DNA of 54,770 nucleotides, filler included, from Sluysia triapertura (Eukaryota): NCBI GenBank assembly GCA_046118255.1. It is 4 parts of 4 records of this genome, joined end to end, with 100 filler letters (N's around TTAATTAATTAA, not from the genome) between each part and the next. Parts side by side here need not be neighbours in the genome. Positions count along the whole stretch, not along the records: positions 42,615 to 54,770 come from JBJNIA010133955.1; 3 more parts are not named here. One strand, written 5' to 3'. The notes below the pieces were generated by a model. It was not told the origin of the DNA. It searched no databases and was given only the letters and a program-made list of their open reading frames with translations. A program made the translations under genes and the position numbers. How positions within the stretch are numbered: position 1 is the stretch's first letter; every line of letters begins with the position of its first letter. Positions 49,796 to 54,770 of the stretch are shown here, in pieces.

Positions 49796-52700
49796 TCTCT
49801 AAATCACTTCATAATTTTACAATATTTTATTTGGCAATTAAAAGAAATATTAAAAGAATAATTAGTTTCTAATTAAAATAAATATTTTAAAAATAAAAAG
49901 CATTTTTTCAAAACAACGAGTTTTTATTGAACATCTACTTCTATTAGATTTCGACATGATGACTAATTATAGAAGGAAATATATTGATAAATAACTTAAT
50001 AATAATAATAAAATTCTAAAACATTTCAATGAATTTAATGAATTTTACAAGTATAATACTTTTTGATTAGGCTTGAAGCTCGTTTAAAAAGAAAATAAAA
50101 ATAAAAGTGAAAGCCAATTAAATTATTATAAGTAAAATTACATCAAACTCTAATATTTATCAAGTTGTTAAAACTTTAATAATAAGTATTAGACATTATT
50201 ATATTAAATATATCGTATAATATATTTTAGAACCTATTTTTTTATTTTTATAGTATTTATGTTTTCTGCAACATTTTTATATAAAGTAATCAAGAAATAA
50301 TATTTTAAATGATATATTTTAAATAGACTTTAAATTATTTATTATATTTTCAATAATATAAATCACTTTTTATTATTCATTGAATATTAATCAAATTTAT
50401 CCTAAAATATTATTTTTATTTAAGTGAAAATGCACTTAAATAACATGAAATATTAAGGTTTGTAATTTCAATTGTTTTATTTATTTAAATTCATAATTTT
50501 AAATTGATCCCAGTTTTATGTTTACAATTTTATTTCATATTTTTACTTTTGCTTCTTTATTTTTAAATATTTTGTCCAAATTTTCAAAGCTTTCTCATAT
50601 TACAGCCTCATTTTCATAAATGTAACTAACCATAAAGTCTTTTCAATTAAAACTTTAATAAATTGTTAATAAATTCAATAAAATTCAATTATTTAATAAA
50701 ATTTGAATAAATTTATAATTTTTATTTAATCATATAAATTAAAATGTTCGTTTAAATTTAAAATTTTTTCCTACCCTTCATAAGTTTAAAATTTTACCCT
50801 GAATTTAAAAATAAATTTAATTATAAATTTAATATTTGCTACAATTGTGTTAATTTAATACAGTAACAAAATGTAACAATAACATTAATCGAAAAAGCTG
50901 ATAATTTTCGTCAATAATATTTCGGAACAGTCAAAAATACTTGATAATATTTCAGAAATAATAATTGAACCGAATTTTTTAATTTTCTACATTCAAAAAA
51001 CAATTTAAAGTTTTACTTTTCATTATCTAAGTTAAGCGCCAACTGAAACATCCATCTATTTACACCTTACAGATTATCTTAAAATTATACGTAAGACTTA
51101 ATCAAAAAGTCGATTTTTAATAAAATCCTAATTGATTTATTCGTAATTTTCATCTGTGTAAAAAATGAAAAGTTAGTTAACTTTTATTTTATTTCACACT
51201 TATTATTTTATCATTTGTTCATTCTATCAAAAACTGTTTTGATTTAAATATAATAACAAAAATTACAAACTTACAAAATATTATAATAATATTAAAATAA
51301 AATATTAAATAGGATAAAACTAAAGTCTTAGTAATTTTAAAAGAAACATCTCAAAATGTTCGGAAATAACAAGTAAACAAAATAAAGCAGAAGTAACCTA
51401 TAAAAGTCATTAATTGGAACTTGATTAGAAAGTGCAGAAGATTTCTTGCTAGTCAGAGTTTAATATTAATTAAAAGTACAGTATTAAATCGAGTTTTCCA
51501 GAGACAAAATCATAATTGATATTGATAAATGCTATTATTAATAGAAATTTATAATTAATATTACAAAATGTTATTGCTATTTGGAAATTATAACCTATAA
51601 GTAGTATAACCATAAGTGAATAAGATTTTAGATATTAAGCACGGTCTCTATGAATGTAACTGTGTTTAATTGCATTTACTTCATCACATTATTAAATACA
51701 ACTTTGTATATCAAGCAATTAATTTATTGGAATTTAAACTAGACTTATATTTATTCCATCAGGAGCAAATTAAGAACTAACTTTCACGATCAAATATTAA
51801 TCATAAAAATAAAAGTAATAATGAAACAGTTTTAAATAATTTAAGTAGAAAAAGAAAACTATGCAAAATATAGAATTAGAAAAAAATAACTTGTTTTAAT
51901 GGAAAAATTTATAATTTAAAGGAAATTTCGTTTTTTATTATAACAAAATCTTCTATAACAAATTTATTTTGGGCTGTTGCTCCTCTGAATAATTGGATCA
52001 TTTTAAACAAATCAAATTTGAAATTATTTTGACATTTATTTATTCCTTAAAAATGGAAAAATATTTAAAATAATATTAGAAAAAATTATAAATTATAAAT
52101 AATAAAGTGTATTTAAATTTTTAGTATTTTGTTTTTTTCATTTTTATTTAAACCGCCTTTAGGATTATTTGACAATATCTAAAATTATTTTTACTTAAAA
52201 TAAATGAATGTTTTTTTGGTACAATTATACATTCTTACATAATGGATAATTTTCTTTTTCAGTTTTCTTGTTTTACTTATTGATTTTCTATTTCAGATCA
52301 ATTAAAAATGTTTATAATTAACCAACCATTAAATTATTTTTAATAATGACGCTCAAATTTATTTAAATAAAAATAAATTTTTATATTTTCTTAACTTTTC
52401 TTAAGTTTCATTAAATTGTTCAAAATAAACATTACGTTTTACAAAACTTTTGGAATAGAATTTTAAAAACAAATATTCATATTATTTTATTAAAAGTTGA
52501 ACAGTAATTTGTGAAGCTAATTGTATAAAATATTTGTTACAAAAATCTTATTATTAGTGCAACACTATTTTTGTTTCTAAAAATTGTATTATTATTATTA
52601 TTATAAACTTTTTTTAATTAAAGAATGTTTTTTCTTTTTTTCAATATTTTTTCGTTTTGAAGATTTTTCTTTTTTTCAGTTTTAGATTTGGCTTTTTATT

Positions 52701-53198
52701 CTTTTAATATTTCTTTATTTTATTGGTTGAATTTGATATACTTTAATATTTTATACTTTTAAGTTTTAATAGATAATTGTTTTGACTTATTTTTAAGTTA
52801 ATGACTTTAACTTTTATAACTTTAATTTCAAAATGATTAAATTAAATTAAATTATTTTTAATTTAATAATACAATTGTATTTTATTGTAAAAATGTTCAA
52901 ATTCTATTTTTTAAAAATAGTAATTTAACTTGTTAATATTAATGATTGATATTATCATTATATTTAATAACTATTATTTCTAAATTTGAGAATATATTTG
53001 TAGAATATGCCTGTACAAATAAAACTAAATAGAAATTTGAAACCAAACAAAATAAATGTTACATTATTATACATATTAATTTTGTTTTGTTATTCTTTGA
53101 TAATATTATCATAATAAATATATTTTTAATAATTATTAAAATACTTTAAATAAATATATATATATATATATAAAATTAAAGTATTTAATATATTGTGT

Positions 53199-53515
53199 TT
53201 GTCATGATCTCATTTTTGTATGGTTAATAGTTTAAAGTGGGCCTTGGATGTTGTAGAGGTCGATTTATTTGAGTTTATCGATAGATTTACTTGAATTGAA
53301 GTCGTGGAAAGCCTCGAGGGCTTGATTCTGTGCAAAAAATGACGATGTTGGCGTAATTCGATCTCGCGAACATTATATTTATCTATAGCACAAGCAGGGT
53401 ACAAAAGCTTAAGAAACTCAAATTTAGGTTGAACTAGATTATTGACTTTTAAAATGATCTCATTGTCATGATCTCATTTTTGTATGGTTAATAGTTTAAA
53501 GTGGGCCTTGGATGT
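53199..53515. repeat. Perfect 53-bp direct repeat bracketing ~210 bp
   Basis: ttgtcatgatctcatttttgtatggttaatagtttaaagtgggccttggatgt at 53199-53251 and 53463-53515. Confidence 0.9.
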
Positions 53516-54004
53516 CTTTGTAGTTTTTATCGTATATATTATGAAAGACATTAATAATTGTTGAATGGGTTGTGTTTGAAAATTTAGTTTGAACTGTTCG
53601 AAAATTTGCTACTCGGTGACTTTGTACTACAAATGTCGTATCCATTGGAGCTACGAAACTGAGATCTTAGCAGAACTACAAATATAAAACCACCAATGAC
53701 AATATTTTTGAATTAGTTTGATGAAAAGTTTTCAATGATTTTTGTTTGAACAAAATAAAGATTTCTGTAGAGTTCCTGACAAACAAAAATATAAATAAAT
53801 TTCATATTAACACCAAATGGAAAAACCTTTCATTATTTAACAAACACAATGTTGTAAACAACATAAGGGTTGGTACTATGCTATTCATTATATACGGGTG
53901 TCATTAATAACGTTGATGAGTGGGCATCTTTGATTAAAAATTATTGAGTAATAATTATTGATTATGAAATTACCGGATTTAACAAAAATTACGCAACTAA
54001 TAGG

Positions 54005-54005
<1 letters not shown>

Positions 54006-54055
<50 letters not shown>
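54006..54055. repeat. (ATT)n microsatellite (source of the spurious poly-Ile ORF)
   Basis: Read directly from the sequence. Confidence 0.95.
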
Positions 54056-54056
<1 letters not shown>

Positions 54057-54770
54057 ATTAAACTTTATAACTTAAAATCCTTGCTTTCACACAATCTTAA
54101 CATAAATAAGTCTAACAATGAACTATTATTTATTGAACTTGAAATAGTATAATACAATTATTGAATGTAATAGTTAAAAATGTAAATTATATGAGGTATG
54201 TTGAAATATTTGTGATCTTTGAAAGTGATTATGCTTACAAATTTTGCAGAACGTTTATGTTTCATTGCTAGATCTTTTTTGTTTATAGAGTTTGGATTTT
54301 ATGTATAATCTTTGTATCTGTTGGATTTTGTAAATTTGTTATTTGGAGTGAATTTAATGGCTTCATGAATAACGTTGGGAATTAGTTGGTTATAAAAATT
54401 GTAAGGTACATAATTTGTAATTAAAAATTGGGGGGCGGTGTTTTTAACCCTTTCGCCGCCGCTGGGACCAATTAGTCCCAATCGTATTTCTGCAAGTTTC
54501 TCAGGCTTAATCAAGTCATGTTATATATTTCTTTAGAGGATTAATTAAGGACAATGTTTTACATAATCGTTTCTGCTTTTAAAGTGTGTGCACCAAGTTA
54601 TTTCAATAATTTACCACGATTTTGTGAGAAAAATATTAGAATCAAATAAAATAAGTGAAAATATTATAAAGTCTAAAGTTATTATTACTTTTATTAGAAG
54701 ATGGCAGATTGCTTTAGAACATTCCACACTATATTACACTTTGATAGAGAATACTAAATTTACCAATTTT

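Noticed and set aside
53958-54152. Poly-Ile membrane protein ORF
   Set aside because: It is a translation of an (ATT)n microsatellite.
54444-54482. TTAACCCTTT... GC-rich patch as a piggyBac left end
   Set aside because: Plausible, but no matching opposite TIR is visible in the window.

Overview
AT-rich eukaryotic (animal-type) genomic DNA, not a prokaryotic locus. The window is four contigs joined by artificial 100-nt spacers (44 N + TTAATTAATTAA + 44 N) at 16293-16392, 30627-30726 and 42515-42614. Contig 1 (1-16292) holds the middle of a + strand filamin gene: 14 phase-consistent GT-AG exons encoding Ig-like filamin repeats, hinge 1 and the start of the next repeat. The architecture resembles invertebrate filamins lacking the equivalents of human repeats 6-9. 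The most notable feature is a ~3.0-kb uninterrupted same-strand ORF inside one filamin intron (9432-12467/12475). It has an in-phase acceptor, a start ([10 protein letters not shown]) that mimics the normal next exon ([10 protein letters not shown]), an in-phase candidate donor and an AATAAA overlapping its stop. It is therefore a probable giant alternative exon adding ~1,012 aa of Ser/Asn/Asp-rich sequence with Pro-rich EVH1-type motifs. Contigs 2-4 contain no intact gene I can support. They hold decayed mariner, piggyBac and LINE fragments, a tRNA-derived repeat family (3 copies), a 72-bp TTAA-flanked mini-element, an internally deleted CK1-like kinase pseudogene, and mini- and microsatellites. 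All family assignments come from manual motif recognition; no searches were run.
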